DNA of 34,853 bases, taken from Gemmatimonadota bacterium. GTDB lineage: Bacteria > Gemmatimonadota > Gemmatimonadetes > Gemmatimonadales > GWC2-71-9. This document shows, piece by piece, positions 9,150 to 19,171 of this stretch. The stretch lies in assembly GCA_003220855.1 (NCBI GenBank), contig QHTP01000037.1, positions 1 through 34,853 of the forward strand. The letters are read 5' to 3'. Below the pieces are notes generated by a model that saw nothing but the letters and a program-made list of their open reading frames with translations, was not told the origin of the DNA and searched no databases. Made by a program: the position numbers and the translations under genes. Position 1 is the stretch's first letter. Each line of letters starts with the position of its first letter.

Positions 9150-10316
9150 CTATCCCACCGTCCGCAGGCCGACGACGATCGGCATGCGCACGACCCGGTT
9201 CGCGGGGATGGCCGCGGCGGCGAGCCCGGCGAGGAGCGCCGCCCCGATCCCGAGCGCCATCGTGATGGGCGCGACGTTGATCACAGGGAAGAAAGTCGGG
9301 AGCGCCTGCGCGAACCCTTTCACGATCGGGAACGTGAGGAGTAGCCCGAGCACGCCGCCCGACAGCGAGATCACCAGCGCTTCGCCCAGCACGAAGCCCG
9401 CGAGCTGGCGCCCCGAGAAGCCGAGCGTCTTCAGGACCGCGTACTCGCGGGTCCGCTCGCGGACCGACATGACGATCGTGTTCGCGAGCACCAAGAGAAT
9501 GATCCCGACGATCACGACCGAGATCACCTGCAGCGACGTAATGATCGCCGACGACATCTGGACGAAGCTCTGTTGGAACTCGCGCTCACTTTCGGTCTTG
9601 GTCGGCGAGCGCGAGTTCACGAACTGCGTGTCCACCGCCGCCGCGACCCGCGCCATCGCGTCGGGCGACCCCACACGCAGGACGTACCATCCGGCGTCCA
9701 CCGGTCGACCGGGCTCGCGCTGGCGGACTTGCTCGAAGAGGTAGTCGTACTGGAAGAACATTTGCGTCTCGTCGGTCGACGGGTCGCGACCCGTGTAGAT
9801 CCCCCGCACCACCCACTGCCAGCGACCGGGGAAGATGTCGCCCTCCATCGTGATCACGTCGCCGAGCTTGAAGCCGTGCTGCTGGGCCAGCTTGCGGCCG
9901 ATGACGCAGGCGTTGCGCTCCTTCTTGAACGCCGCCAGCTGGTCCGGCGGCAGCTGGAACTCCGGGTAGAGGCTGAAATAGTTCTCGGGGTCGACCGCGA
10001 ACCGGGGCCAGAAGTTCTTGAAGTCGTTCGGGTCGCCGTACACGCCCCCGAACCAGTTGGCCCACGAGACGCCCGTGACGCCCGGGATCCTGGCGATCTC
10101 GTCCCGGTACGGCAGCGGAATCGGGAAGATCAGCGACACCCGATGGCGGGTGATCATGCGATTCGTGGCCGCTCCCGTGACGCCCGCGTTCCAGGCCCCC
10201 ACGATCGTGCGGATCAGGCCGAATGCCATCACCGCCGTGGCGATCCCCACGATGGTGAGCGCCGTGCGCAGGCGATGCCGGAAGAGATTCTTGAAGACGA
10301 GTCGCAGCAGTTTCAC
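9150..10316 (-). CDS. ABC transporter permease (MacB/FtsX family)
   Basis: Motifs [31 protein letters not shown] and C-terminal [15 protein letters not shown]. Confidence 0.9.
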   Translation of the reverse strand: MKLLRLVFKNLFRHRLRTALTIVGIATAVMAFGLIRTIVGAWNAGVTGAATNRMITRHRVSLIFPIPLPYRDEIARIPGVTGVSWANWFGGVYGDPNDFKNFWPRFAVDPENYFSLYPEFQLPPDQLAAFKKERNACVIGRKLAQQHGFKLGDVITMEGDIFPGRWQWVVRGIYTGRDPSTDETQMFFQYDYLFEQVRQREPGRPVDAGWYVLRVGSPDAMARVAAAVDTQFVNSRSPTKTESEREFQQSFVQMSSAIITSLQVISVVIVGIILLVLANTIVMSVRERTREYAVLKTLGFSGRQLAGFVLGEALVISLSGGVLGLLLTFPIVKGFAQALPTFFPVINVAPITMALGIGAALLAGLAAAAIPANRVVRMPIVVGLRTVG

Positions 10317-10326
10317 GGCTGGCCCC

Positions 10327-11001
10327 TCATTGCAGTTCGCCCTTGTCCAGGTGGCGCACGAGGTGCGCGCGCTCGGCGGCGTGCGGGTCGTGCGTCACCA
10401 TCACGATGGTCTTCTTGAATTCCTTGTTCAGCCGCTCGAGCAGCGTGAGCACCTCTTCGGCGGACTTGCGGTCGAGGTCCCCCGTCGGCTCGTCGGCCAC
10501 GAGAATCGTGGGATCGGTGACGATGGCCCGCGCGATCGCCACCCGCTGCTCCTGGCCGCCCGAGAGCTGACGCGGATAGTAGTCCATCCGGTCGGCGAGG
10601 CCGACGAGCGCGAGCGCCGTCTCGACATGCTTCTTTCGCTCGGCCTTGGACAGGGACGTCAGGAGCAGCGGCAGCTCGACGTTCTCGAAGGCCGTGAGCA
10701 CCGGGAGCAGGTTGTAGAACTGGAACACGAAGCCGATGTGCGTGGCGCGCCACTGGGCGGGCTGCGGCTCGCTGAGCTTCGTGACGTCAGTGCCGGCCAC
10801 CGAGACGCTCCCGGCATCGGGCCGGTCGATCCCGGCGATCAGGTTCAGGAGCGTAGTCTTGCCGGACCCCGAGGGGCCCATCAAGCCGAGGAACTCGCCC
10901 TCGGGGACTTCGAGTGTGATGTCGCGCAACACGGGGATCTCCAAGCTGTCGCGCCGATAGGACTTCGAGACCCCGCGGACCTGGACGATCGAATCGGGCA
11001 T
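10327..11001 (-). CDS. ABC transporter ATP-binding protein (LolD/MacB-like)
   Basis: Walker [10 protein letters not shown], signature LSGGQEQR, Walker [10 protein letters not shown] and H-loop VTHD. Confidence 0.95.
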   Translation of the reverse strand: MPDSIVQVRGVSKSYRRDSLEIPVLRDITLEVPEGEFLGLMGPSGSGKTTLLNLIAGIDRPDAGSVSVAGTDVTKLSEPQPAQWRATHIGFVFQFYNLLPVLTAFENVELPLLLTSLSKAERKKHVETALALVGLADRMDYYPRQLSGGQEQRVAIARAIVTDPTILVADEPTGDLDRKSAEEVLTLLERLNKEFKKTIVMVTHDPHAAERAHLVRHLDKGELQ

Positions 11002-11009
11002 GAGCTCCT

Positions 11010-12197
11010 CTACTGCACGGTGACTTTGGCCCCGCCGCGCAGGCGGGCGCCGACGCTGTCGACCACCTGAACGCCGGGACGCAATCCCTCGCGGATGGCC
11101 ACGGACGACCCGAGCTGCCGGCCCGGGACCACCGGCAACTCCACCGCGCGGCCGTGCTCCACGACGAACACGACGCTGCGGCCGTTCCGCTCGACCACCG
11201 CGGCGCTCGGGACGACGAGCAGGGCTTGCGTGTCCGCCGCCGCGCGCGACGGGCGCGGCAGGAAATGCACCTTGGCGCTCATCTCGGGCAGCACGCGCGC
11301 GTCGTAGGAGCGGAAGGCGACCTTCACCTGGACCGTCGCTTTGGCTCGGTCGGCCGTCGGTACGATCTTGGCGACGACCGCCGGGTAGCGAACGTCGGGA
11401 TACGCGTCCAGCACGACCTCGCAGGGCTGGCCCGGACTCGTCGCCTCGAGGTTCGACTCGGCGACGTCGGCCTCCACCTGGAGCGAGCGCAGATCGGCGA
11501 TCGTGACCACGGCGCTCTTGGAAAATGCGCTGGCGGCGAGCGGCGCCACCACCTCGCCGACGTCCGCATTCTTGGTCAACACGGTGCCATCGAACGGCGC
11601 GCGGACGACGGTATTCTCGAGTGCGACCTGCGCGCCCTCGACCGCCGCCTCCGCCGAGACAATCCCGGCCCTCACGCGCTCGTAGCGCGCTTCAGCGGCG
11701 TCCAGGCTCGCCTGCGACGAGAACCCGCTGTCGCCAAGCAGCCGCTCCCGCGCCAACGACCGCTCGGCGTCGTGCAGCTCGGCACGGCTGACCTGAACGT
11801 TCGCCTGGGCCTGGGCCAGCTGGGCCCTGACGTCCGCGTCCTCGATGCGGGCGATCACCTGCCCCGCCCGCACCCGATCGCCCTCAACGACGCCGAGGTA
11901 GACGAGCCGGCCCGTGCCCTTGGACGCGACGGCGGCCTTGCGCTGGGCCACGACGTAGCCACTGGCGACGAGCACGGCGCCCGAGCGCATCGGCGACACC
12001 ATGGTCGCGGGCGTCAGATGCACGGGGAGCGCGCGGTCGAGCGCGCCGCCCGCAATCACCGCGGCCGCCGCGAGGAGGACGGCGGCGGGCAGGGCGATGG
12101 TGAGCCAGCCCCGGGACCGGCGGGGGGTTGCCGCCGGGGCAGGCTCGGGTGAGCGGTTGATGCGCAGCGCGGCGAGGTCGGCGTTCTTCGCTTCCAT
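11010..12197 (-). CDS. Periplasmic adaptor / membrane fusion protein (MacA/RND type)
   Basis: N-terminal TM, lipoyl halves (VVEGDRVRAGQVIARI; VRAPFDGTVL), helical hairpin and beta-barrel segment. Confidence 0.92.
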   Translation of the reverse strand: MEAKNADLAALRINRSPEPAPAATPRRSRGWLTIALPAAVLLAAAAVIAGGALDRALPVHLTPATMVSPMRSGAVLVASGYVVAQRKAAVASKGTGRLVYLGVVEGDRVRAGQVIARIEDADVRAQLAQAQANVQVSRAELHDAERSLARERLLGDSGFSSQASLDAAEARYERVRAGIVSAEAAVEGAQVALENTVVRAPFDGTVLTKNADVGEVVAPLAASAFSKSAVVTIADLRSLQVEADVAESNLEATSPGQPCEVVLDAYPDVRYPAVVAKIVPTADRAKATVQVKVAFRSYDARVLPEMSAKVHFLPRPSRAAADTQALLVVPSAAVVERNGRSVVFVVEHGRAVELPVVPGRQLGSSVAIREGLRPGVQVVDSVGARLRGGAKVTVQ

Positions 12198-12206
12198 GGC
12201 CGTACA

Positions 12207-12215
12207 ATCCTAACA
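12207..12215 (-). promoter_or_regulatory. Putative extended -10 promoter (TGtTAGGAT), 9 nt upstream of the adaptor gene ATG
   Basis: Minus strand reads TG-T-TAGGAT-TGTACGGCC-ATG. No SD and no convincing -35. Confidence 0.4.
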
Positions 12216-12321
12216 CCTCGCGCAACCAGGCGACGCACCCTTCCCAGCCCGACGAGGCCGCGATGCTCGTCGTGCGTCACCTCCAGTCGAATGGTCTAGG
12301 GTCCTTGGGACTCGCTCGGGC

Positions 12322-14310
12322 TCACGCCCCGGCGGGTTCGGGAGGCGGGCTCCCCAGCACCGGGCCGCGTGTCGCGGCCGGCTTGTCTCGCGCCGTGCCT
12401 TCGGGCGAAGCGGCGGCCGGGGGCGTCGACGCGGGCGCCACTGGCGGCAGCGGCTTGCCGGCCATCACGAGGTCGACCTCCTCGCGATCGAGCGTCTCAC
12501 GCTCGAGCAGCGCGGCGGCGAGCCGGTCGAGCTGGTCGCGGTGCTTGGTGAGGATGTCCCTCGCGCGCTCGTACGCTTCGCCCAGCAGCCGCTTCAGCTC
12601 GGTATCCACCAGCTCGGCGGTGCGCTCCGAGACCTCGCGGCGCTGCACCACTTCCCGCCCCAGGAAGATCTCGGCTTCACGGTCGCCCACGGCGATCGGC
12701 CCCACGACGTCGCTCATCCCGAACTGCGTCACCATGCGGCGCGCCATTTCCGTGGCCTGCTGGATGTCCGAGTACGCGCCGGTCGTCACCTTGTCGGCGC
12801 CGAACACCAGCTCTTCGGCCACGCGCCCGCCGTACGACATGGCGAGCTGACCCAGCAGCCACTGCTTGGTGACGTTGCGCCGGTCCTTCTCGGGGAGGAA
12901 AAACGTGATCCCCAGCGCCCGGCCCCGCGGCACGATGGTCACCTTGTGGATCGGATCGATGCCCGGCACGCTGAGCCCGACGAGCGCGTGCCCCGCCTCG
13001 TGAAACGCCGTGAGCTTCCGCTCTTCTTCGGTCAGGACCATGCTCTTGCGCTCGAGGCCGAGCATGACCTTGTCCTTCGCGTCTTCGAGGTCCTTCATGT
13101 CGACGACGGGCTTGTTGCGCCGCGCCGCCAGGAGCGCCGCTTCGTTCACCACGTTCGACAGCTCGGCCCCGGACAGTCCCGGCGTCCCCTTGGCGATCCG
13201 CTCGAGGTTCACGTTCGCCCCGAGCGGGATCTTGCGCGTGTGGACGCGCAGGATCTGCTCCCGTCCCTTCACGTCGGGCATGTCCACGACGATCTGGCGG
13301 TCGAACCGCCCGGGGCGCAGCAGCGCGGGATCGAGGATGTCGGGACGGTTGGTGGCGGCGAGGAGGATCACGCCGTCGTTCGACTCGAAACCGTCCATCT
13401 CCACGAGCAGCTGGTTGAGGGTCTGCTCGCGCTCGTCGTGCCCACCGCCGAGCCCCGCGCCGCGGTGCCGCCCCACGGCATCGATCTCATCGATGAAGAT
13501 GATGCAGGGCGCGTGGGCCTTGCCCTGCTCGAACAGGTCGCGCACCCGCGACGCGCCCACACCTACGAACATCTCGACGAAGTCCGAGCCCGACATCGAG
13601 AAGAACGGCCGCCCCGCCTCCCCCGCGACCGCCTTGGCGAGCAGCGTCTTGCCCGTTCCCGGAGGGCCGATCAGCAGCGCCCCCTTGGGAAGCCGCCCGC
13701 CCAGCCGCTGGAACTTCTGCGGGTCCTTGAGGAAATCGATGATCTCCTCGAGCTCCTGTTTCGCTTCGTCGGCGCCGGCCACATCGGCGAAGGTGACCTT
13801 CGGCGTGTCTCCCGCCAGGAGCTTCGCCTTCGACTTGCCGAACGCGAACGCGCGGTTTCCCCCCTGCTGCATCTGCCGCACCATGAAGATCAGCAATCCG
13901 ATGATGAACAGGTACGGCAGGAAGCTGAAGAGAAACACGCCGAACGACTGCTTCTCCTCGCGCGCCCGCACGTCTACGCCCTTCTGCCGCAGGGTGCCCA
14001 CCCAGGCGTCGGTGGACTCGAACGGCAACAGCATGGTGAAGTGCTCGGCCGTATGCCGGCCGATCGTGACTGGGGTGCGGAAGTCCCCTTTCACCTGCTG
14101 GCGGTCGGTGATCTCCACCGCGGAGAGGTTTCCCTTGTCCAGCTGCTCCGTGAACTGCGGCGTGTACGACAGCTCCACCGCTTCTTGCCGACGGTTCGAA
14201 GCGAACTGCACGAGGAAGATCGACCCCACGATCAGCAGCGCCCAGAACGACAGCGTCCGCAGGGTGCGGGCCCAGCTGAATTCGCGCGGCGGCGGGACGC
14301 GGTTCGCCAT
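12322..14310 (-). CDS. ftsH: ATP-dependent zinc metalloprotease FtsH
   Basis: Start MANRVPPP at 14310 overlaps the hpt stop. Two TMs, [27 protein letters not shown] and HEAGH. Confidence 0.97.
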   Translation of the reverse strand: MANRVPPPREFSWARTLRTLSFWALLIVGSIFLVQFASNRRQEAVELSYTPQFTEQLDKGNLSAVEITDRQQVKGDFRTPVTIGRHTAEHFTMLLPFESTDAWVGTLRQKGVDVRAREEKQSFGVFLFSFLPYLFIIGLLIFMVRQMQQGGNRAFAFGKSKAKLLAGDTPKVTFADVAGADEAKQELEEIIDFLKDPQKFQRLGGRLPKGALLIGPPGTGKTLLAKAVAGEAGRPFFSMSGSDFVEMFVGVGASRVRDLFEQGKAHAPCIIFIDEIDAVGRHRGAGLGGGHDEREQTLNQLLVEMDGFESNDGVILLAATNRPDILDPALLRPGRFDRQIVVDMPDVKGREQILRVHTRKIPLGANVNLERIAKGTPGLSGAELSNVVNEAALLAARRNKPVVDMKDLEDAKDKVMLGLERKSMVLTEEERKLTAFHEAGHALVGLSVPGIDPIHKVTIVPRGRALGITFFLPEKDRRNVTKQWLLGQLAMSYGGRVAEELVFGADKVTTGAYSDIQQATEMARRMVTQFGMSDVVGPIAVGDREAEIFLGREVVQRREVSERTAELVDTELKRLLGEAYERARDILTKHRDQLDRLAAALLERETLDREEVDLVMAGKPLPPVAPASTPPAAASPEGTARDKPAATRGPVLGSPPPEPAGA

Positions 14311-14864
14311 CAGGTCAGGCTCGCCACGTAGGGGAGGTGTCGGAAATTCTCGGCATGATCGAGCCCGTACCCCACGAGGAACACGCGGGGGGCGTCGAAC
14401 CCGACGAACCCCGCCTCGAGCTCCAGGTGCGGGGCCAGATGCTTGTGAAGCAATGCACAAATCTCCAGACTCCGGGGGGCACGCTCCCGCAGCAAGCTCA
14501 CCAGCCGGTTGAGCGTCTTCCCGGTATCCACGATGTCCTCCACCAGCAGGATGTGCTTACCCCGCAGCTCCGTTTCCGGATCGTACAACAGCCGCACGTT
14601 GCCGCTCGAAATCGTATCGCCGCCATAGCTCGCGGCCACCAGGAAGTCTACCTGGAGCGGCCGCTCGATGCGGCGCACGAGATCGCTCAAGAAAATGAAA
14701 CTCCCCTTGAGGAGGCCGAGCACGAGGAGCTCGCCGTCGGGGTACGCTGCGGTGATCTCCTGGCCCAGCTCGCGGACGCGACGCGCGATCGTCTCCTCAT
14801 CGAAGACGATCCGCTTGAGCTCACGCCCGCCGGTCTGCTTGAGGCTCGTCGTGCTTGGTAACAT
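14310..14864 (-). CDS. hpt: Hypoxanthine phosphoribosyltransferase
   Basis: Motifs [26 protein letters not shown] and VGYGLD, with tilS-hpt-ftsH synteny. Confidence 0.95.
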   Translation of the reverse strand: MLPSTTSLKQTGGRELKRIVFDEETIARRVRELGQEITAAYPDGELLVLGLLKGSFIFLSDLVRRIERPLQVDFLVAASYGGDTISSGNVRLLYDPETELRGKHILLVEDIVDTGKTLNRLVSLLRERAPRSLEICALLHKHLAPHLELEAGFVGFDAPRVFLVGYGLDHAENFRHLPYVASLT

Positions 14865-16188
14865 CCACTCGTACCGCCGGGGTTCCTGGCCGCGGGAGAT
14901 CGGCAGCGCTCCGGCAGATTCCGGGGACCCAGAGAATGGTTTCGCCGCGCGCGACGATCGGATACTGTGCCCGATCGCTGCGCGGCACCCGCGCTTCCAT
15001 CAGGAGGCGCCGCACGGGTCGATGCCCGAGCGCGCCGAGCGGCACCAGTCGGTCGCCCGGGCGCGCGGGCCGGACTTCCCAGTCGCCGCCCGCGATCCAC
15101 GTCGTCCAGTCGCCGCGACGCAACCGGGCGGGAGCGCGCTGTGCCGACCATTCGACCCGGAACGGGCCGAACTGCGCACGGCCTCCCACCTGCCCCGCGA
15201 CCACCTCCACAACCTCCCGAGCCTCCCGCGTATCCGCGCGCCTCACACGGACGCGATCGAATGCCACCTCCGCCGCCCACCCGCCACCGAGCGCCTGGCC
15301 CCGCCCCGACGGACGCCGCGCGAGCCGTACCAACTGACGCGCCCGGCTTGGGCCCAAGACCAACCCCGCGCGACGCGCCGCGGCCCGCAACACCGCTACG
15401 GCCAATGCGTTATCATAGCCCGCCAGCCCCCCCCGAGCAACGTCGAAGCCGTCCTCCCGCAGCCGCAGCTCGAGATCGGGCAGGTGGCGCAGCACGCGAT
15501 CCCAGGCACGTCGCTCGAGCGCCGCCGCCCGGCCGGCGCGAGCCAGATCGTCGCGGACGCCCGCGCCCAGTCGAGCGGAAACCAGCGGCAGCACCACTGT
15601 GCGGACCCAGCTCCGCAGGTGCTTGGGGTCGCGGTTCGCCGGATCGTCGTGCACCGGCAGGCGCCGTGCGGCGACGTACTCGACCAGGTCGTTGTGCGTG
15701 AACGCCAGCAACGGGCGAACCAGTCCGCCCCGTGCGCGGGCCGGCATGCCGGCGAGCCCGGCCGGCCCGCTTCCCCGCAGCAGTCGCAACAGAACCGTCT
15801 CGACCTGGTCGTCGCGGTGGTGAGCCGTCACCACATAGCGCGCCGCACGGCGCCGCTGCACCTCGGCGAGCCATGCGTAGCGCGCCCGCCGCGCCGTGGT
15901 TTCAGTGGCGCCCGGACCGAGCCGTAACTCCCCGAGCTCGAACGGCAGCGCGTAGTGTTGCGCGAGAGCCGCGACCGCCTGTGCCACCGTTCGGCTCTCC
16001 GCCTGAATCCCGTGGTCAGCGTGCGCGACCACCAGCGAAACACCGAGCTCCGGAGCGAGGGTGTGCAACAGGTCGAGCAGCGCGACCGAGTCCGGCCCCC
16101 CGGACACCGCCACCACCGCGGTCCCGCCGACGGCAAAGAGGCGGCGGCGGGCGAGGTGATCGCGCAGGCGCGAGAGCATCGGGGTCAT
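14821..16188 (-). CDS. tilS: tRNA(Ile)-lysidine synthetase
   Basis: Motifs AVSGGPDSVALL, ARRARY, TAHHRDDQVETVLLRLLRGSG and RPLL, plus a C-terminal TilS_C-like region. Start is at 16188 or 16179. Confidence 0.94.
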   Translation of the reverse strand: MTPMLSRLRDHLARRRLFAVGGTAVVAVSGGPDSVALLDLLHTLAPELGVSLVVAHADHGIQAESRTVAQAVAALAQHYALPFELGELRLGPGATETTARRARYAWLAEVQRRRAARYVVTAHHRDDQVETVLLRLLRGSGPAGLAGMPARARGGLVRPLLAFTHNDLVEYVAARRLPVHDDPANRDPKHLRSWVRTVVLPLVSARLGAGVRDDLARAGRAAALERRAWDRVLRHLPDLELRLREDGFDVARGGLAGYDNALAVAVLRAAARRAGLVLGPSRARQLVRLARRPSGRGQALGGGWAAEVAFDRVRVRRADTREAREVVEVVAGQVGGRAQFGPFRVEWSAQRAPARLRRGDWTTWIAGGDWEVRPARPGDRLVPLGALGHRPVRRLLMEARVPRSDRAQYPIVARGETILWVPGICRSAADLPRPGTPAVRVDVTKHDEPQADRRA

Positions 16189-16231
16189 ACCATAGTATAA
16201 ATGATAGGCGGGGCCGCCGCGGCGCTGCGTC

Positions 16232-16260
16232 TTGCCGCGCGCCCGCAAGGTCCCGAGAAT
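16232..16260 (+). promoter_or_regulatory. Putative sigma70-type promoter (TTGCCG-17-GAGAAT), 6 nt before the flavin reductase ATG
   Basis: TTGCCG at 16232-16237, 17-nt spacer, GAGAAT at 16255-16260, ATG at 16267. No SD. Confidence 0.45.
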
Positions 16261-16266
16261 AGGGCC

Positions 16267-16875
16267 ATGCCAAACCTGCAGCCCGATCAGATCTATCAGT
16301 TGCTGCGCCACTTGACCTCGCCGGTCGTGGCGCTCACCTGCCAGCGCGACGGCAAGCGCAACGGCATGATCTCAGACAGCGCCGCGCGGGCTTCGATCGC
16401 CCCCACGGTGCCGCGGCTGTCCGTCTACATCCACAAGTTCAACTTCAGCCACGACCTGATCTTCGAGACCGGGCGCTTCGTGCTGCACCTGCTGCGCGAC
16501 GATCAGTTCGAGCTGATCCACCGCCTCGGCTTCGTGAGCGGCCGGGCGCGCGACAAGCTGGCCGGCATCGCGCACCGGCCCGGCACGCTCGGCGCGCCGG
16601 TGCTGGACGACTGCTACGCGCATTTCGAGTGTCGCGTGGTGAACGTCATGGACACCGGCAGCTCGACCTGCTTTCTGGGCGACGTCGTGGCGGTGGGCCA
16701 CGGCGCGGCCCAGCGCCTCACAGGCGACGTGATGACGGCCGCCTTCTTTCGCGCCAACATGCCGGCGGAGTGGCGCTCCGAATACGAGGCCCTGCTGCGC
16801 ACGGCGCAGGCGTACGCCACCGAGCGCTCGCGCGACATCCGGCCGGTTATCTGGACGGGCCTCCAAGAGCGATAG
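16267..16875 (+). CDS. Flavin reductase-like (DIM6/NTAB, FMN split-barrel) protein
   Basis: SPVVALT...NGMISDSA...PRLSVYI...GRFVLHLL...GFVSGRARDKL...GAPVLDDCYAHFECRV...TCFLGDVV matches the flavin-reductase fold pattern. Confidence 0.85.
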   Translation: MPNLQPDQIYQLLRHLTSPVVALTCQRDGKRNGMISDSAARASIAPTVPRLSVYIHKFNFSHDLIFETGRFVLHLLRDDQFELIHRLGFVSGRARDKLAGIAHRPGTLGAPVLDDCYAHFECRVVNVMDTGSSTCFLGDVVAVGHGAAQRLTGDVMTAAFFRANMPAEWRSEYEALLRTAQAYATERSRDIRPVIWTGLQER

Positions 16876-16895
16876 AGCGAGTTCGTGTCGAGCGC

Positions 16896-18827
16896 TTACG
16901 GCTCGACGATATCGATGGTCTGGCCGGCCATGATGGGACCGGCCACGCTCTGTCGTCGACCCGATGGCCAGCGCACTTCGATCGCCCCGGCGTGGTCGGC
17001 GTCCGCGAGGCCGAAATAGAGCGGCAGATCGCTCTGCGAGAGGTATCCCGACTTGCCGTCGAGCAGCTTCAGGATCCGGCGCCCGTCGGGGAGCACGACG
17101 GTCACCAGCGCGCCGAGTCCCTCGCGGTTGGAGCGCGTGCCCCGCAGTCGGACCTGGAGGAAGTGGACCGGGTGTCGTTGCGCGAGATCGCTCACCAGCA
17201 CCTGCGGCCCGGCGTTGAACTCGTTAGTGACGATGTCGAGATCGCCATCGCCATCCAAGTCGAGTGCGACCGCCGAGCGTGTGCCGCGCGAGGCCATCAT
17301 GGTCAGGTGGCCTGCGGCATCAATCCGACACGCTCCGCTCATGGACTCGGGGTGGGCGCAGGCGCTGCACAAGGGGTGGCCCCGGTCCGCGCCCTCGCAC
17401 TCGAGCGTGAACCAGACCTGCTGTGTGCCGTGTGGCCGCGGCTCGACGCCCAGCACGAATTCGCTCGGGAGGAAGCGGTGGCCTCCCTCGTTCAAGAGGA
17501 CGGAGTTGACCCCGTATCGGTAGGGGAAGTTCATGCTCGCCGCGATGAAGATGTCGTCCCATCCGTCGGCATTGAAGTCGTCCACGCTCGGTCCCCAGGG
17601 CCAATACGTTTCGACCCCGACCGCGTCGGACACTTCGTCGAATCGGCCGCCCCCGCGGTTCGCGAACAGCGCGTTTCCGAAGATGAGGCCGCCCTTCCCT
17701 TTCGGGAACAACTTACCGGACACCTGCGACGAGTCGTCCTTGCGCATCTCCCCCGCCCAGTCGCCGGCGCGGAGGTCGACCCACATGTCCGCGTGCATGC
17801 TGGTGGTGAAAACGTCGAGCCGACCGTCGCCATCGAAGTCGAACACCTTTACGCCCATCGACCCCCAGGAGGTCTTCGGGAAATACTGCGCGGTCGCGTC
17901 GCGAAAATGTTTCCCGCCTTCGTTGAGCCAGAGGTGACTCCCGCCTTGCATATCGAGCACGTACAAGTCGGGGAAGCCGTCGTCGTTCACGTCGAACGCC
18001 GTGGCATCGCCGCTCCAGCTCAAATCGACCAGCCCGACCTCGTGACTCACGTCCTTGAACCGGTTCCCGCCCAGGTTGTGGTAGAGAATGCTCGCTTCGG
18101 CGCGCTCGGGGTGGAGATGGCCGGTGAAGGCGTCCTCCAGCGCGACATAGTAGCCGCCCGGCCCGCGCTGGTTGCTGGTGTACACCCCCACGTTCGTCAC
18201 GAACAGATCGAGTAATCCGTCGCCGTCATAGTCGAAAAACACCGCGCCGGAGGAGTGACCCACGTAGCCCACGCCCGCCTGCGCGGTGATGTCGCGAAAC
18301 GTCCCGTTGCCGAGGTTCTCGAACAGCCGATTCCCGTGGCGCACCGTCGTGACGAACAGGTCGGGATCGCCGTCGTTGTCGATGTCGGCGAACGCGCAGG
18401 CGACCGCGATGTCGTCCGGCATGGCCAGTCCGGCTCGCGCGGTGACGTTCACGAAGCGGCCGTTGCCGACGTTCTTCCAGAGCTCGTTGGTGCCGAGTTG
18501 CGTCACGAAATAGAGATCGGGGAGACCGTCGCCGTCGACGTCCGCGGCGCACAGGCCGCTCCCGTGGTCGTAGTGCGCGAGCTTGTAGGCTTTGCCCGCG
18601 TCGTCGACGACGCGGTTCTCGAACGTGATGCCGCTGGCCTCTCTGCGATCCGTGAAGCGGAAGTCGTGAACCACCTGCGAGTGGGCGGCCAGCTCGGCTT
18701 CCTGGCGCGCCCGCTCGACCAGCCACGTCGGTGTTCGGGAAGAGCGGCACGAGACCGCGAGGAGCGCGAGCGCTGCGACGAGTGCGCCGCGGCTGGTTCG
18801 GCACGTCCCGTGGACAAGCGTGGTCAC
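16896..18827 (-). CDS. CRTAC1-family lipoprotein (FG-GAP/VCBS repeats + C-terminal ASPIC/UnbV domain)
   Basis: Lipobox-like LLAVSC. Seven DxDxDGxxDL-type repeats. C-terminal NREGLGALVTV...GKSGYLSQSDLPLYFGL...IEVRWPSG. Confidence 0.9.
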   Translation of the reverse strand: MTTLVHGTCRTSRGALVAALALLAVSCRSSRTPTWLVERARQEAELAAHSQVVHDFRFTDRREASGITFENRVVDDAGKAYKLAHYDHGSGLCAADVDGDGLPDLYFVTQLGTNELWKNVGNGRFVNVTARAGLAMPDDIAVACAFADIDNDGDPDLFVTTVRHGNRLFENLGNGTFRDITAQAGVGYVGHSSGAVFFDYDGDGLLDLFVTNVGVYTSNQRGPGGYYVALEDAFTGHLHPERAEASILYHNLGGNRFKDVSHEVGLVDLSWSGDATAFDVNDDGFPDLYVLDMQGGSHLWLNEGGKHFRDATAQYFPKTSWGSMGVKVFDFDGDGRLDVFTTSMHADMWVDLRAGDWAGEMRKDDSSQVSGKLFPKGKGGLIFGNALFANRGGGRFDEVSDAVGVETYWPWGPSVDDFNADGWDDIFIAASMNFPYRYGVNSVLLNEGGHRFLPSEFVLGVEPRPHGTQQVWFTLECEGADRGHPLCSACAHPESMSGACRIDAAGHLTMMASRGTRSAVALDLDGDGDLDIVTNEFNAGPQVLVSDLAQRHPVHFLQVRLRGTRSNREGLGALVTVVLPDGRRILKLLDGKSGYLSQSDLPLYFGLADADHAGAIEVRWPSGRRQSVAGPIMAGQTIDIVEP

Positions 18828-18841
18828 GCCTTGGCTCCTAG

Positions 18842-18915
18842 TAGCGGCGGTCGGACTCGAACCGACGACCCGCGGATTATGATTCCGCTGCTCTAACCAG
18901 CTGAGCTACGCCGCC
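18842..18915 (-). tRNA. tRNA-Met(CAT), elongator type, no encoded CCA
   Basis: Minus strand GGCGGCGTAGCTCAGCTGGTTAGAGCAGCGGAATCATAATCCGCGGGTCGTCGGTTCGAGTCCGACCGCCGCTA folds as a full cloverleaf with CAT anticodon and TTCGA T-loop. Confidence 0.96.
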
Positions 18916-19171
18916 GTAAGTGCAGCAGAACAACCTAGCGTAGCACACTCGGCGGCGGCAGTACCGGCGTAGGCGAGCACAGATTTGGCTTGATCCACAC
19001 AAGTGCCAGATTCACTTGAGCTTACGTGATCGCGTGACGGGCCACACAGCCCCCCCGGCCGCGCTACGCGAACTTCGTGTTGCCCGGTGGGACTAGGGGA
19101 AATACCCACCACCTGGCTGTTGCTGAGGCCGCAGCGCCCCTCCTCAGCCCTACTGGACTAGGAGAGACACT

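Noticed and set aside
17350-17372. CSACAH as a c-type heme-binding motif
   Set aside because: The spacing is CxxCxH, not CxxCH.
18842-18915. CAT-anticodon tRNA as tRNA-Ile2 (TilS substrate) or initiator tRNA, given nearby tilS
   Set aside because: The acceptor stem GGCGGCG/CGCCGCT resembles elongator tRNA-Met. It lacks the C1 mismatch and three consecutive G-C anticodon-stem pairs of fMet. tRNAscan-SE isotype models would settle it.
18990-19012. Sigma54 promoter (TGGCAC on the minus strand)
   Set aside because: The -12 element reads TGGA rather than TTGC, and the surrounding inverted repeat is imperfect.
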